Source of the DNA: an uncultured delta proteobacterium
GTDB lineage: Bacteria > Myxococcota > UBA727 > VGSZ01
DNA length: 64,000 nucleotides
NCBI GenBank assembly: GCA_963775425.1
Contig: CAVZJB010000005.1
Coordinates: 320,001-384,000 of the forward strand
Direction: 5' to 3'
Part shown: piece after piece, positions 19,148-29,130 of the stretch
How the letters are laid out: each line of letters begins with the position of its first letter
Position numbering within the stretch: position 1 is the first letter of the stretch
Position numbers and translations under genes: made by a program
Notes under the pieces: model-generated
Told to the model about the DNA's origin: nothing
The model's database searches: none
The model's input: only the letters and a program-made list of their open reading frames with translations

Positions 19148-19756
19148 CTACGGCGCGCGCTCGCCGTCGTGCCCCTCACCGTCGAGGCGCTCGCCGTCGA
19201 GGCCCTCACCGTCGAGGCCCTCACCATCCACGCCGGGAGCGTGAGCGAGGTCGCCGTACGCCGCGGCGGACATGCTCGACAAGCGGCTCACGAAGGCCAT
19301 CAACGACCACAGCTCGTCGTCGTCGTCGGTGGCGGCGAAGGACGGCATGCCGGTCATGCGCAGCCCGTGCTTCGCGACCCAGAACCACTGGCGCAGCTCC
19401 GTGTCGTCGGGCGGATCCATGCGCGTGAATTGCGGCGGGCGCGGGTTCATCCCGCGCGCGAGCTCGTCGAGGCCGCGGCCGGGCCTGCCGTGGCACTGCT
19501 CGCACATCTCGCCGTACTCGCGCCCGCCCGCGGCCACGCGCCGCGGCTCGCTCAGGTCCGCGGGCGCGACGATGTCGCGCGAGGCCGCGGAGACCGCGCG
19601 ATCCCTCGTGGTCTGCAAGAACCACGAGACGAACGGCGCGTCCTCGGTGGTGGCCGCGACGTCCACGCCGCCGGACTCCGCGGCGACGATGGCAATGGCG
19701 GCCAACACGAGCAGCGTGGCGCACACGGTGACGATGGCGATCGCCGCGCTCTTCAT
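19148..19756 (-). CDS. Membrane-anchored c-type cytochrome
   Basis: N-terminal TM helix, CEQCHG heme motif, GMNPRPP, KHGLRMTGMPSF; GEGLD-repeat tail. Confidence 0.9.
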   Translation of the reverse strand: MKSAAIAIVTVCATLLVLAAIAIVAAESGGVDVAATTEDAPFVSWFLQTTRDRAVSAASRDIVAPADLSEPRRVAAGGREYGEMCEQCHGRPGRGLDELARGMNPRPPQFTRMDPPDDTELRQWFWVAKHGLRMTGMPSFAATDDDDELWSLMAFVSRLSSMSAAAYGDLAHAPGVDGEGLDGEGLDGERLDGEGHDGERAP

Positions 19757-19858
19757 GGTGGATGCCTCCACCACAGGCGTACGAGCGCGGGGCGTCGCTG
19801 ACAGATCGGCGACGCGCGGCAGGATCGCGCGCACGGTCGCGCGTCGTCGTCGCGCCGC

Positions 19859-20650
19859 TCAGTACGCCATGGCGACGGTCACCGCGTGCTTCGGCTCCGG
19901 CGCGGGGCTCGCCGGTGTGGCGAAGCCGGGGAAGCCCTGGCCGAGGTCGCCCGGCTTCTTGTCCACGGCGGTGAGGCCGTACACGACGGCCGGCAACACC
20001 AACGCGCCCGCCAGCGTGCCGCAACTGATGGCGAGGTTGGCGATGACGAAGGGGCCCGCCTGGGCGTAGTAGCGGTTGATCGACGTCTGGTCGGTGGGGT
20101 CGGGCGGGTTTATCCCGGAGGCGACGCTGACGAGGTTCACCGCGGTGCCCGCGGCGCTCCCGACGACGAGCACGCCCGTGGCCGTGAGCACCGGCCACAG
20201 AAGCGCCGCGCGCTGCTGGCCGAACATGTCGCCCGCCACGCCCTCGGAGACACCGACGAACGTGCCCACGATGACGTCGCTGACGACCCCGCCGATGTAC
20301 GTGCCCACCACGGGGACGAGCTCGAGCCCGAGCACCGGCACCACGGACACGCAGCAGCCGACGCAACACGCGCCCGTGCCGGCCGCCACCTGGACGGCGC
20401 CGGTGGTGAAGGGGTCGAGGCCGTGCTTCTCCTCGAGCGGCGCGGCCTTCGGGCGATGATCCGGCGGCGGCGTCGACGGCGGCGGCGTCACCGGCGGCGG
20501 CGGCGTCGCCGGCGCGAGCGGCACCACGGGCGGCGGCGCGTCCTCCGGCGCTGCCTCCGGGGGCGCCGCCTCCGCAGGGGGCGTCGTCGTTTCGGGCGGG
20601 GGAGGCGGCGCGGCCTGCGCGGCGAGGGCGAGGGCGAGGGCGAGCATCAT
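19859..20650 (-). CDS. Hypothetical membrane protein with Pro-rich N-terminus
   Basis: Signal peptide, Pro-rich linker, several hydrophobic helices; overlaps the upstream stop. Confidence 0.75.
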   Translation of the reverse strand: MMLALALALAAQAAPPPPPETTTPPAEAAPPEAAPEDAPPPVVPLAPATPPPPVTPPPSTPPPDHRPKAAPLEEKHGLDPFTTGAVQVAAGTGACCVGCCVSVVPVLGLELVPVVGTYIGGVVSDVIVGTFVGVSEGVAGDMFGQQRAALLWPVLTATGVLVVGSAAGTAVNLVSVASGINPPDPTDQTSINRYYAQAGPFVIANLAISCGTLAGALVLPAVVYGLTAVDKKPGDLGQGFPGFATPASPAPEPKHAVTVAMAY

Positions 20651-21123
20651 GGGAGGTATTTCCGCAGCTCGGCAGGCACCATGCCGTCCGGGGTCATCCG
20701 GCGGACCTGCTCCGCAGAGAGCGGGAACACCTCCACCTCGGTCTCGATACAGAGCTGCTCCTTGCGATTCATCATGCGCGACTGCACGACGCAGATGTCC
20801 CCGGTGTCACGGAAGACGGTCCCGTCGGCGCGGAAGTGCTCTCCCGCGTACAGCGGCTTGAGGAAGCGAATGCGGCTCTCGCGCGTGACACCCACGCGCT
20901 TCTTGAGCGCGGCGACGGTGGCGTGGGCGAGGTCGTCGGCGACGGCCTGGATGACGCCGGGCGGAACCACCTTGGCCCGGCCGCACAGGCCCTCACCGGC
21001 GTCGACGTGGCAGAAGACGCGGTTGCCGTCGAGCTCGAAGACCAGCTTCAAGCCCGACGGATCATGGACGCCCGTGAGGATTCTGCGTGCGCTCGTGTAC
21101 TCGGTGGAGATCGGTCTGCCCAT
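20647..21123 (-). CDS. PaaI-like hotdog-fold thioesterase
   Basis: GLKLVF...VVPPGVIQAVADD...VTRESRIRFLKP; size fits a hotdog fold. Confidence 0.75.
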   Translation of the reverse strand: MGRPISTEYTSARRILTGVHDPSGLKLVFELDGNRVFCHVDAGEGLCGRAKVVPPGVIQAVADDLAHATVAALKKRVGVTRESRIRFLKPLYAGEHFRADGTVFRDTGDICVVQSRMMNRKEQLCIETEVEVFPLSAEQVRRMTPDGMVPAELRKYLP

Positions 21124-21132
21124 CGCTCCCCG

Positions 21133-21954
21133 TCAGGGTGAGGCTCGATCTTCCTGCAACTGCGTGAAGTCGTCGAGGGCATTTTCGAGGCCTTCGCACC
21201 ACCCGCCGCTGATGGTGACGGTGGCGGCGCCGTCGTCGTTGTCGGGGTTGACGCCGCTCGAGGGATTGGCGCGGCTGAGGTCGACGTCGCCGACGATCTC
21301 GAGGGTCTCGTCCTCGGTGTACTGGTTGACGTCGACGGTGCCCTTGACGCCCGCGAAGCAGGTCTGGTGGTCCTTGATGGACGCGACGCCGTCGCGATCC
21401 TTCTTCTTCTCGGGCCAGTCGTTCACGCGGCAGATGGTGACGGCGCCGTCGAAGTCCTGCGTGCTGTCCGGGTTCTTGAAGTCGATGTCGGCGCCGCCTC
21501 CGTCGAGCTTCTTCTTCTCGAAGCCGGCGAGGCTGACGGCCGCGCTCCAGAAGTCGCTCGGCAGGTGCGCCTTGTCATAGTCGACGACGGCGTCGACAAA
21601 GTCTTCGTGGGCCTTCTTGATGTCGTCGGCGTTGTCGCCGGCGTCCTTGAGGTCCTTGGTCTCCTGCTTGAACGCCGCGTTGACGTTCTCCTGCTGCGCC
21701 GCGGCGGCGTTGCACCCGTCGAAGACGCTGGCGCCGGTGCCGGCCACGGTGAAGCGCGTGGCCGGGTTCCCGTCGTGGTCGAGGGCGTCCGCCTTCTGCT
21801 GGATGAAGAACGCGGAGAACAGCGAAGGCACCTGCTCGCCGTCGACGTCGCCGGCGACGGTGGAGCTGCAGCCGGCGAGGGCGGCGGTGGCGAGAGCGAC
21901 GGGGAGAGCGAAGCGCACGAGGACCTCCGAAAACGGGCGGATGCTCGCACGCAT
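21133..21954 (-). CDS. Hypothetical lipoprotein
   Basis: Lipobox LAGC after a hydrophobic stretch; start is 21954 (ATG) or 21918 (GTG). Confidence 0.75.
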   Translation of the reverse strand: MRASIRPFSEVLVRFALPVALATAALAGCSSTVAGDVDGEQVPSLFSAFFIQQKADALDHDGNPATRFTVAGTGASVFDGCNAAAAQQENVNAAFKQETKDLKDAGDNADDIKKAHEDFVDAVVDYDKAHLPSDFWSAAVSLAGFEKKKLDGGGADIDFKNPDSTQDFDGAVTICRVNDWPEKKKDRDGVASIKDHQTCFAGVKGTVDVNQYTEDETLEIVGDVDLSRANPSSGVNPDNDDGAATVTISGGWCEGLENALDDFTQLQEDRASP

Positions 21955-22049
21955 GACTTCCCTGTCAACGCGCGCGCTGTGGCCGATCTCACGTCGCCAG
22001 GGTGCCAAAGCGCCCGCTGCGCCGCTCCATCGAGGGCCGCGCGGCGAGG

Positions 22050-22874
22050 CTACTGGGTGAGCACGAAGGTCGGGCGCAGGCCGGTGTTGCCCGCGCTGTC
22101 CTCGGCCTCGCGCAACGAGAGGCCGCCGGTCTCCGTGCAGTAGAGCCAGCGATCGCCGTTGTCGACCTCGACCTTGCCGGTGGCGACGTCGGTGAACGTG
22201 CCCGACGACGCGTCGTCGAGGTTCACGTCGCTGCCGCTGCAGTCGCAGGCCGCGTTGCCGTTTGCGCTGCAGGTCCAAGTGCCGTTGATGACCGCCGTGA
22301 GCCCGGTTTGCACCAGGCCGCAGTCGGGGGTGACGGGGCAGGTCACGGTCATGTCCATGCTCCCGCCGACGTTGACGGCGTAGCCGAAGCTGTTGCCGGT
22401 GACGTCGAGCGTGCCGGTGGCCGTGAGCTGCTCGTTGGTGACGGTGGCGGTGCACACCGAGACGGCCACGGAGCCCGAGAGGCACACGTCCACCGCGGTC
22501 CAGTTGCCGGTGAGGTCGCCGCCGCAGGCGCTCGCATCGTCGAGCGCGGCGTTGCACACGGGCGGAGGCTCGCCTTCGCCCTCTCCTTCGCCCTCTCCTT
22601 CGCCTTCGCCTTCTCCTTCTCCCTCGCCTTCTCCCTCTCCCTCGCCTTCGCCTTCTCCCTCGCCTTCGCCTTCTCCCTCGCCTTCGCCTTCGCCTTCGCC
22701 CTCTCCTTCGCCTTCGCCTTCTCCTTCTCCCTCGCCTTCTCCCTCGCCTTCGCCTTCTCCCTCGCCTTCGCCTTCTCCCTCGCCTTCGCCTTCACCGCCG
22801 GGAGCGGGGGGGCAGGCGCTGAGGACGCCGAGGACGGACACGGTGGCGAGGGCGAGGAGAATGGGACGAAGCAT
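22050..22874 (-). CDS. Lipoprotein with (Gly-Glu)38 linker and Cys-rich C-terminal domain
   Basis: Lipobox LSAC, GE dipeptide tract, CGGDLTGNW Cys-rich domain. Confidence 0.85.
   Translation of the reverse strand: MLRPILLALATVSVLGVLSACPPAPGGEGEGEGEGEGEGEGEGEGEGEGEGEGEGEGEGEGEGEGEGEGEGEGEGEGEGEGEGEGEGEGEGEGEGEGEGEGEPPPVCNAALDDASACGGDLTGNWTAVDVCLSGSVAVSVCTATVTNEQLTATGTLDVTGNSFGYAVNVGGSMDMTVTCPVTPDCGLVQTGLTAVINGTWTCSANGNAACDCSGSDVNLDDASSGTFTDVATGKVEVDNGDRWLYCTETGGLSLREAEDSAGNTGLRPTFVLTQ
22569..22796 (-). repeat. 6-bp coding tandem repeat, 38 x GGN-GAR (Gly-Glu)
   Basis: 228 bp of (T/C)TC(G/T/A)CC units on the + strand, with synonymous variation only. Confidence 0.95.
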
Positions 22875-23016
22875 GCGAGCCTCCAGCCGCACACTTGCCA
22901 CGCAAACGACTGGCCCGCCACTTTCGCTGCGATGTCGGCGGGAAGACCACCTCGGCGCGTGTCGGCCGACCTCGCGCGTGGTGACGCCGAGCGTGGCAAC
23001 GAAGACGGCGCCCGCG

Positions 23017-23088
23017 GATCGGCGAGCCGAGGGAGCCGGCGCGCAGATCAGCGACCGGAGGAGCGGCCGGCGCTTGATCAGCCGACCG
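23017..23088 (+). repeat. ~2.5 tandem copies of the ~29-bp REP-like repeat
   Basis: GATC-initiated units at 23017, 23046 and 23076; the third supplies the ltaE stop codon. Confidence 0.7.
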
Positions 23089-24115
23089 CCGCGCGGGCGG
23101 CGGCCACGGCGCGCTCGACGCCGGCGTCATCGACGTCGAGGTGCAGGCACGCGCGGATGCGGTCCGGCCCCGCGACGGCCACGCGCACGCCGTCGGCGAG
23201 CATGCGCTCGACCAGCGCCGCCGGCGCGAGCGCCCGCGTGCGGAAGTAGACGAGGTTGGTCTCCACCGGCTCCACCTCGATGCCGCCGCCCACCGCGGCG
23301 AGGCCGTCGGCGAGCGCGTGGGCGCGGCGGTGGTCCTCTGCCAGCCGGTCGACGTTGTGGTCGAGCGCGTAGAGCATGGCGCCCGCGGCGACGCCGCCCT
23401 GGCGCAGGCAGCCGCCGAGCGCCTGCTTGAGCCGGCGCGCACGCGGCCACAGCTCGCCCTTTACGACGAGCACTGCGCCGAAGGGACAGCCGAGGCCCTT
23501 GCTGAAGCAGACCTGCACGGTGCTCGCGCCGCGCACCAGCCGGGCCGGCGGCTGACCCGTGGCGACGGCGGCGTTCATCAGGCGCGCGCCGTCGACGTGC
23601 ACGGCGATGCCGCGCTCGTTGCAGTGCGCCATCACGCCGTCGAGGACGCCGAGCGGCCACGCGCTGCCGCCGCCGCCGTTGCTCGTGTTCTCGACGACGA
23701 CGGCGCGCGTGCGCGGGTAGTGCGGGTCGTCCACGCGGGTGACGCGGGCGATGTCGTCGGCCCCGAAGATGCCGCGGGGCGTGTCGAGCGGACAGAGCTG
23801 CGCCCGCGCCGTCATCGACGTTCCGCCGCTCTCATGGTTGAGCACGTGTGCCGTGCGGTGACAGATGACCTCGTCGCCGGCGCCCGCGTGCAACGCCAGC
23901 GCGATCTGGTTGGCCATGGTGGCGGAGACGAGGAAGAGCGCGCGGTCCATCGCGAGGAGCGCCGCCATGCGCTCCTCGAGCGCGCGCACGGTGGGGTCCT
24001 CGCCCTTTTGCTCGTCGCCGAGCGCGGCCTCGACCATGGCGCGCTTCATGGCGGCGGTCGGGCGCGTGGCGGTGTCGCTGACGAGGTCGACGGCGATGGT
24101 GGAGGGGGAGGTCAT
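23078..24115 (-). CDS. ltaE: Low-specificity L-threonine aldolase (PLP)
   Basis: [42 protein letters not shown] (PLP Lys). Confidence 0.92.
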   Translation of the reverse strand: MTSPSTIAVDLVSDTATRPTAAMKRAMVEAALGDEQKGEDPTVRALEERMAALLAMDRALFLVSATMANQIALALHAGAGDEVICHRTAHVLNHESGGTSMTARAQLCPLDTPRGIFGADDIARVTRVDDPHYPRTRAVVVENTSNGGGGSAWPLGVLDGVMAHCNERGIAVHVDGARLMNAAVATGQPPARLVRGASTVQVCFSKGLGCPFGAVLVVKGELWPRARRLKQALGGCLRQGGVAAGAMLYALDHNVDRLAEDHRRAHALADGLAAVGGGIEVEPVETNLVYFRTRALAPAALVERMLADGVRVAVAGPDRIRACLHLDVDDAGVERAVAAARAAVG

Positions 24116-24249
24116 GTCCGCGTGTTAGCGCACCGCGCGTCGAGGAGGAACGCACATGAACGGACCGGCGGCCGCGACGACACGGGCGCGAATCCGGCGC
24201 GGCGGGTGCAGCCATGTCCTCGGGCCGAACAGGCCCGAAGGAGGACATC

Positions 24250-24591
24250 ATGAACAACGCGATCCTGCTCACCTGGAAGCGCCCGATTCCCGGCCGCGAG
24301 AAGATGGCGAACGAGCTCTACGCTTCCTGCCTCGCCTTCTTCGACAAACAGAAGGACGCCAAGGCCGTCAGCAACATCACCACCTGCATCGTCCCCGGGC
24401 ACGGAGACGGGCTCGGCGGCTTCTTCCTCGTCGAGGTGGAGCCGAACAAGACGCACGAGGTGATGGGGAGCAACGAGTTTCTCGACCTGTGCGTGCGCGC
24501 CGACTACCTGCTCGACAGCTTCGGGCTCACCACGTGCGCGGTCAACGAGGCAGTCGGAGACCTCATGCAGCGTTGGCAGAAGCTGTTGTGA
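24250..24591 (+). CDS. Small hypothetical protein
   Basis: GGAGG RBS before ATG at 24250; GC3-biased codons. Confidence 0.75.
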   Translation: MNNAILLTWKRPIPGREKMANELYASCLAFFDKQKDAKAVSNITTCIVPGHGDGLGGFFLVEVEPNKTHEVMGSNEFLDLCVRADYLLDSFGLTTCAVNEAVGDLMQRWQKLL

Positions 24592-24592
24592 C

Positions 24593-25768
24593 TCAGAGGA
24601 TGGGGGCGGGGCCTTCAGGGCGGCGCTTGTTCGGGCGCAGGACCCAGATGGCCTCCTCGCCAATGACGTCCTGAACGCCCTCGGTCTGGATCTCCGCCTG
24701 GGTGAAGGACGCCTGCGCGAACTCGAAGGTGCCGTCGGCGTTCTTGGCGGTGCACACGCGACAGTGGCCGCCGTCCGCGACGGCGCCTCCCTGGTGGTCG
24801 ACGATGAGCATGTCGCCGGGCTCGACCTTGGCGAGGAGCGCCTTGACGCGGCGCTCCTTCTCGTCGGGATCGGTGACGTTGTTCATGCCCATGAATTCCG
24901 CGCGCAGCTCGAAGCGCACGTGGTTGGCGTTGCCCCACTGCGCCGCGTGCGTGCCGCTCCACTTGTACAGCTGGTTGGCGTTGGGGTACTCGCCGTGTCC
25001 CTTGTTGCCGATGTACGGCGGCTCGAAGCCGGCGGCGGCGATGACGTTGCACGCGAAGAGGTTGCACTTCCACTTGCCCGTGAGGCCGCCGAGCCTCACG
25101 TTGGCGGGCAGCGCGTGGCGCGGATCGCAATTCACCCACGGATCGTCGACGCCGTAGGCGTTCGGGTGCTTGGTGACGAGGTTGACGGCGGCGTCGTGCA
25201 TGGCGCCGGGGCCCGGGACGTTGGGGTCGACGCCGCCGGCGAAGATGGGTGGCACGCGCGTGTCGCGCAGCGCGTTGTCGAGGGCCGTCGCCGTGGCGAG
25301 GTCGAGCGCGCCGGTCTGCGGCAAGCCCTTTTGCGCTTGAAAGGCCTTCACCGCGGCTTCGGTCTCGGAGCCCCAGCCGCCGTCGGCGCCGTATCTGGGG
25401 AGGCCGAGGCCAGCGTCGCCGGTGCGGCTCGCGAGCGCGAGCAGCGCCTTCTGCACGTTTTCGACGTCGCCGCGGCGGGAGCCCTTGTCGCGTGGGAAGA
25501 CCACGGTGCCGTTGAGCACGCCGGGTGACGCCGAGAGGTTCGCGATGGGCGCGCCGATGGACGCGCGGCTGCCGAGGTCGCGCAGCAGCGCGCGCAGCGC
25601 GTCGCCGGCGCCGCCCTCGAGGCAATCCACGAAGCGATGGGCGATGGTCTCGACGTCGGAGACCGACGCCGTCCCGCTCTGCACAGCGGCCTTGAGGCTC
25701 GAAAGCTCGGCGGTGGTGACGCGCGCGTCGCGCACGACGTTCTGGGCGATGGGGCTCAGGGAGGGCAT
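24593..25768 (-). CDS. Peptidoglycan-binding domain + papain-like (NlpC/P60/CHAP-like) putative amidase
   Basis: PG-binding motif DGGWGSETEAAVKAFQAQKGLPQTG; C-domain KCNLF...PGD...GHC (Cys-His dyad); no signal peptide. Confidence 0.75.
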   Translation of the reverse strand: MPSLSPIAQNVVRDARVTTAELSSLKAAVQSGTASVSDVETIAHRFVDCLEGGAGDALRALLRDLGSRASIGAPIANLSASPGVLNGTVVFPRDKGSRRGDVENVQKALLALASRTGDAGLGLPRYGADGGWGSETEAAVKAFQAQKGLPQTGALDLATATALDNALRDTRVPPIFAGGVDPNVPGPGAMHDAAVNLVTKHPNAYGVDDPWVNCDPRHALPANVRLGGLTGKWKCNLFACNVIAAAGFEPPYIGNKGHGEYPNANQLYKWSGTHAAQWGNANHVRFELRAEFMGMNNVTDPDEKERRVKALLAKVEPGDMLIVDHQGGAVADGGHCRVCTAKNADGTFEFAQASFTQAEIQTEGVQDVIGEEAIWVLRPNKRRPEGPAPIL

Positions 25769-25834
25769 CCGACGATGCTATGGCAGGCTCGGCCGAGGGT
25801 CACCCCATCGGCGTGACGGTGCTAACAGGGCTCC

Positions 25835-26560
25835 ATGCTGTGCGCCGCCGCCGTCCTCGTGCCGTTGCTCGCCGCCCAGGCCCCCGCGCCCGCCCCCACG
25901 GACAAGAGCGCCGTGGATAAAAGCGCCGCCGACAAAGCCGGCGAAACGGCGTTCCCCAAGGGGGAGGACGTCACGCTGCCCGGCCTCGTCGACGTCGGCG
26001 CCAAGCTGCCGGTGCACGTCGAGCTCAAGTACGGCACCTCCGACAACTTCATGAAGCGCGACGTCTACGGCGGGCTCAAGCGCTGCTTCCTCGTGCCCGA
26101 CGCGGCGGCGATGCTCGAGAAGGCGCACGCGCTCTTGAAGCAGCGATCGCCGACGACGACGTTCGTGATGTACGACTGCGCCCGGCCTAAGCGCGTGCAG
26201 GACATCATGTGGTCCGTGGTGGTCGGCACCAGGATGCAGGGCTACGTCGCCAACCCCACCAAGCCGCCGGGCTCCGTGCACAACCGCGGCTGCGCCGTGG
26301 ACCTCTCGCTGTGGGACACCGAGAAGAACGAGCCGCTCGACATGGGCACGCCGTTCGACTTCTTCGGCATCGCCGCGCAGCCGCGCCACGAGGTGGAGCT
26401 GTGGCGCGAAGGCAAGCTCACGTCGACGCAGTACGCCAATCGCCTGTTGCTGCGTGAGGTGATGTTGCGCGCGGGCTTTCGCATCCTCTCGCACGAGTGG
26501 TGGCACTTCGACTGCGCGTCGGGCTCACAGGCGCGCCGGAAGTACCCCGTGATTCCCTGA
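25835..26560 (+). CDS. ddpX: D-alanyl-D-alanine dipeptidase (M15D, VanX/DdpX family), exported
   Basis: YGTSDNF, YDCARP, SVHNRGCAVD (SxHxxGxAxD), DMGTPFD, EWWHFD; signal peptide. Confidence 0.9.
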   Translation: MLCAAAVLVPLLAAQAPAPAPTDKSAVDKSAADKAGETAFPKGEDVTLPGLVDVGAKLPVHVELKYGTSDNFMKRDVYGGLKRCFLVPDAAAMLEKAHALLKQRSPTTTFVMYDCARPKRVQDIMWSVVVGTRMQGYVANPTKPPGSVHNRGCAVDLSLWDTEKNEPLDMGTPFDFFGIAAQPRHEVELWREGKLTSTQYANRLLLREVMLRAGFRILSHEWWHFDCASGSQARRKYPVIP

Positions 26561-26679
26561 GCCCCCGGGATCGCGGGCTGCGCCCCGCGGCGCCGTGAAA
26601 ATCCGTCACCCCCGGCGCCCGAACGGCTGCGGCGCGCCGGGGCCGCCGGGTGGGCGCAGCGCTTGCTTGGCCCGCGCGC

Positions 26680-29037
26680 ATGCGTCTCCCTCGCGCGCGC
26701 ACGGACCTGCGGCACGCCGCGCGCGCGCTCGCGCTCGCGCTCCTCGGGGGCGCCGCGGGCTGCGCGTCGTGCGACCCCGCCGGGCTCGAGCGCATCACGC
26801 CGTCGCTCGACCTCTCGCCGGCGTCCGCCACCGTCGTGGTGTGGATCGGTTTCCCGGCGCACGTCGCGCTGGCGGCCACGAACACGAGCCGCGTCCCCGT
26901 CGACATCGGGGCGCCGGCGCTCGCGGGCGTGCCCGACGGCCTCTCCGTCGACGTTGACGCCCCGGAGGGGCTCGAGGGGGGCGCGGGCGCCGCCGTCGAC
27001 GTCGCTTTGGCGGCAGATCGCCCGCTCGCCGCCGACGTCATGCTCACGCTTCCCCCCGGCGCGCGCGACGTCGCGCCCGCCTCGGCCGTGCTGCACGTCG
27101 AGGCGCGTACGCCGCCGCCGTGCGCGCCGCGCGGTCCGTGCGAGGACGCGCGCTTCGACGCCGACGCCGGCGCCTGCGTCCGCGACGCCCACCCCGACGG
27201 CTCCGCGTGCGACGACGGCTCCGCGTGCACCGACGACGACCGCTGCTCCGCCGGCGCGTGCGTCGGCGCCGCGGTCGCCTGCGCCGACGGCGTCGGCTGC
27301 ACCGTGGACGCGTGCGACCCCGCGCGCGGCTGCGTGTTCACGCCCGTCGACGACCTCTGCGCCGACGACGATCCCTGCACCGCCAATCGCTGTGTGGCCT
27401 CGACGGGGTGCGCCCACGCCACCGCGCCCGACGGCACGCCCTGCGGCGCGTTTTCGTGCGCGACCTTCTCGGTGTGCGTCTCCGGCGGCTGCTTCACCGA
27501 GCCGACGCCCGACGGCTTCCCCTGCGAGGACGGCGATCTCTGCACCTCCGGCGACACCTGCGAGGGACATGCGTGCGTCGCGGGCGACCCGGTCGAGCCG
27601 GCGGCGAGCGCCCCCGCGGCGCTCGCGCGACCGAGCATCCACGTCGAGCCCGACCCGCGCTGGTTCCGCGACGGCCGCGCGGAGTTGCCGCCCGCGTTCG
27701 ACGTCGCGCTCGACTTCGGCGCCGTCCTCGATGTCGAACAGGCGCTCGCCGGCGTCACGCCCGTGCTCGCCGTGCTCTGGAAGAGCGCACCGTTTTCCTA
27801 TGGCGGCGCCCCCTGCGCGCCATGGGACATGTGGCAAAACGGCGTCGTCGACGACGCGCCGCCGTTTTGCGCCACCGCGGTCGTGGTCACCTTCGTCGGC
27901 GAAGACGAGCTCGCGGCGGGCGAGGCGGGCGGCGGCGGGGTCGCCTCGCCCGTCGACGTCGTCTACGGCACCGTCGACGGTACCTTTCGCGACGCGGACC
28001 ACGTCGTCGTCGCAGAGTCGACCTATACCCCGGGCCCCGCGTCGGCGCGCCTCGTCCGCGTCCTGCGCGCCTCGTTGGCCTGGGACACGCGGTCGCTCTC
28101 GCTCGACGGCGTCGAGCAAGACGACAGCGGGCCGCGCGCGTCGGTCGCGTTCAACGTCCACGCGGGGCTGCGCGTCGCCGCGGACGCCGACGACGTCTCC
28201 CTGCTCGGCTGGGACCTCCCCTACGTCGACGACAGCGCGCCACCGGCGGTCCCGGGGGGCAGCGCCGGCACCGCCGCGGTCCCGGTCTCGCCGTCGTGGA
28301 CGGCCACGCTCGACGCCGGCGCGCGGCTACCCCCGCCCGCGCCGGCCGAGCGGGGCGTGGTGACGTGGGACCCGCTGCTCACCGACGCGTGCGACCAGAC
28401 CTGGCCGCCCGCGGCGGAGGAGGTGTCGTTCTCCGACGTCGACGTCGCCCGCGCCGGCGGCCACACCTTCGCGGTGGTGCGCCACGGTCTGCTCGATCCG
28501 GACACCGACGGGTGCACCCCGGGCACGTCGCTGTCCCTCGTCGACGTCGACGCCGGCACCGTCACGCCCTGGGGCGGGGTGATTCGCGCCGCGTCGCTCA
28601 CGCGCGACGCCGGCGTCCTCGCCGTCGTCGACGAGGCGCTCACCGCTTGCGACGCGCTGTGGTGCTCGCCGTACGAGCTCGCGGTGCAGCCGGCGCCGTT
28701 CGATCAAGCCGACCCCGTCGTCACGCTCGTCACGTTCCCGCTGCAGGACGACGGCGCCGTGCCGGTCCGCGTCGCGGCCCTCGCCGGTCCGCCTGCGGGC
28801 GCCGTGGTCGAGAGCGCCGATCGCAGCGGCGGCATGACCCTGCACCTCGTCGACGCGATGGACACCGCCGCGCCGCTGTCGCTCACCACCGGCACGCTGC
28901 CGGCGTCGTCGGCGCCGTTGAGGGCGCTGCGCAGCCCGCTGTCGCCGCAGAGCGTGTACGCGGTGACGACCGCGGGCGCCGACGGCCTCGTGGTGCGCTT
29001 CGGCTGCCCGTTCCCGTCCGCGCCGGCGCCGCCGTAG
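26680..29037 (+). CDS. Secreted Cys-rich repeat protein (CDDGxxCTxD repeats), probable lipoprotein
   Basis: Signal with AAGC; repeats CDDGSACTDDDRC, CADGVGCTVDAC, CEDGDLCTSGDTC. Confidence 0.75.
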   Translation: MRLPRARTDLRHAARALALALLGGAAGCASCDPAGLERITPSLDLSPASATVVVWIGFPAHVALAATNTSRVPVDIGAPALAGVPDGLSVDVDAPEGLEGGAGAAVDVALAADRPLAADVMLTLPPGARDVAPASAVLHVEARTPPPCAPRGPCEDARFDADAGACVRDAHPDGSACDDGSACTDDDRCSAGACVGAAVACADGVGCTVDACDPARGCVFTPVDDLCADDDPCTANRCVASTGCAHATAPDGTPCGAFSCATFSVCVSGGCFTEPTPDGFPCEDGDLCTSGDTCEGHACVAGDPVEPAASAPAALARPSIHVEPDPRWFRDGRAELPPAFDVALDFGAVLDVEQALAGVTPVLAVLWKSAPFSYGGAPCAPWDMWQNGVVDDAPPFCATAVVVTFVGEDELAAGEAGGGGVASPVDVVYGTVDGTFRDADHVVVAESTYTPGPASARLVRVLRASLAWDTRSLSLDGVEQDDSGPRASVAFNVHAGLRVAADADDVSLLGWDLPYVDDSAPPAVPGGSAGTAAVPVSPSWTATLDAGARLPPPAPAERGVVTWDPLLTDACDQTWPPAAEEVSFSDVDVARAGGHTFAVVRHGLLDPDTDGCTPGTSLSLVDVDAGTVTPWGGVIRAASLTRDAGVLAVVDEALTACDALWCSPYELAVQPAPFDQADPVVTLVTFPLQDDGAVPVRVAALAGPPAGAVVESADRSGGMTLHLVDAMDTAAPLSLTTGTLPASSAPLRALRSPLSPQSVYAVTTAGADGLVVRFGCPFPSAPAPP

Positions 29038-29130
29038 GCGCCCGGCGCGGCCTCGGTCGGAGCGTCTCGGTCGCTTGACCTAGCCTGATCTCTCGACGGG
29101 CCGAAATCACGCAACCTCGATACTCGTCGC

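Noticed and set aside
23017-23088. 29-bp repeat as a possible mini-CRISPR
   Set aside because: Units are directly adjacent with no unique spacers, copies are degenerate, and there are no cas genes.
22349-23430. (SP)n and (KAKARE)n ORFs over the GE repeat
   Set aside because: Alternative frames of the same 6-bp repeat; only the GE frame has a lipobox and purely synonymous variation.
24250-24591. Small ORF as immunity protein for the adjacent PG amidase
   Set aside because: It is convergent rather than co-transcribed and has no signal peptide to reach the periplasm; nothing else supports the idea.
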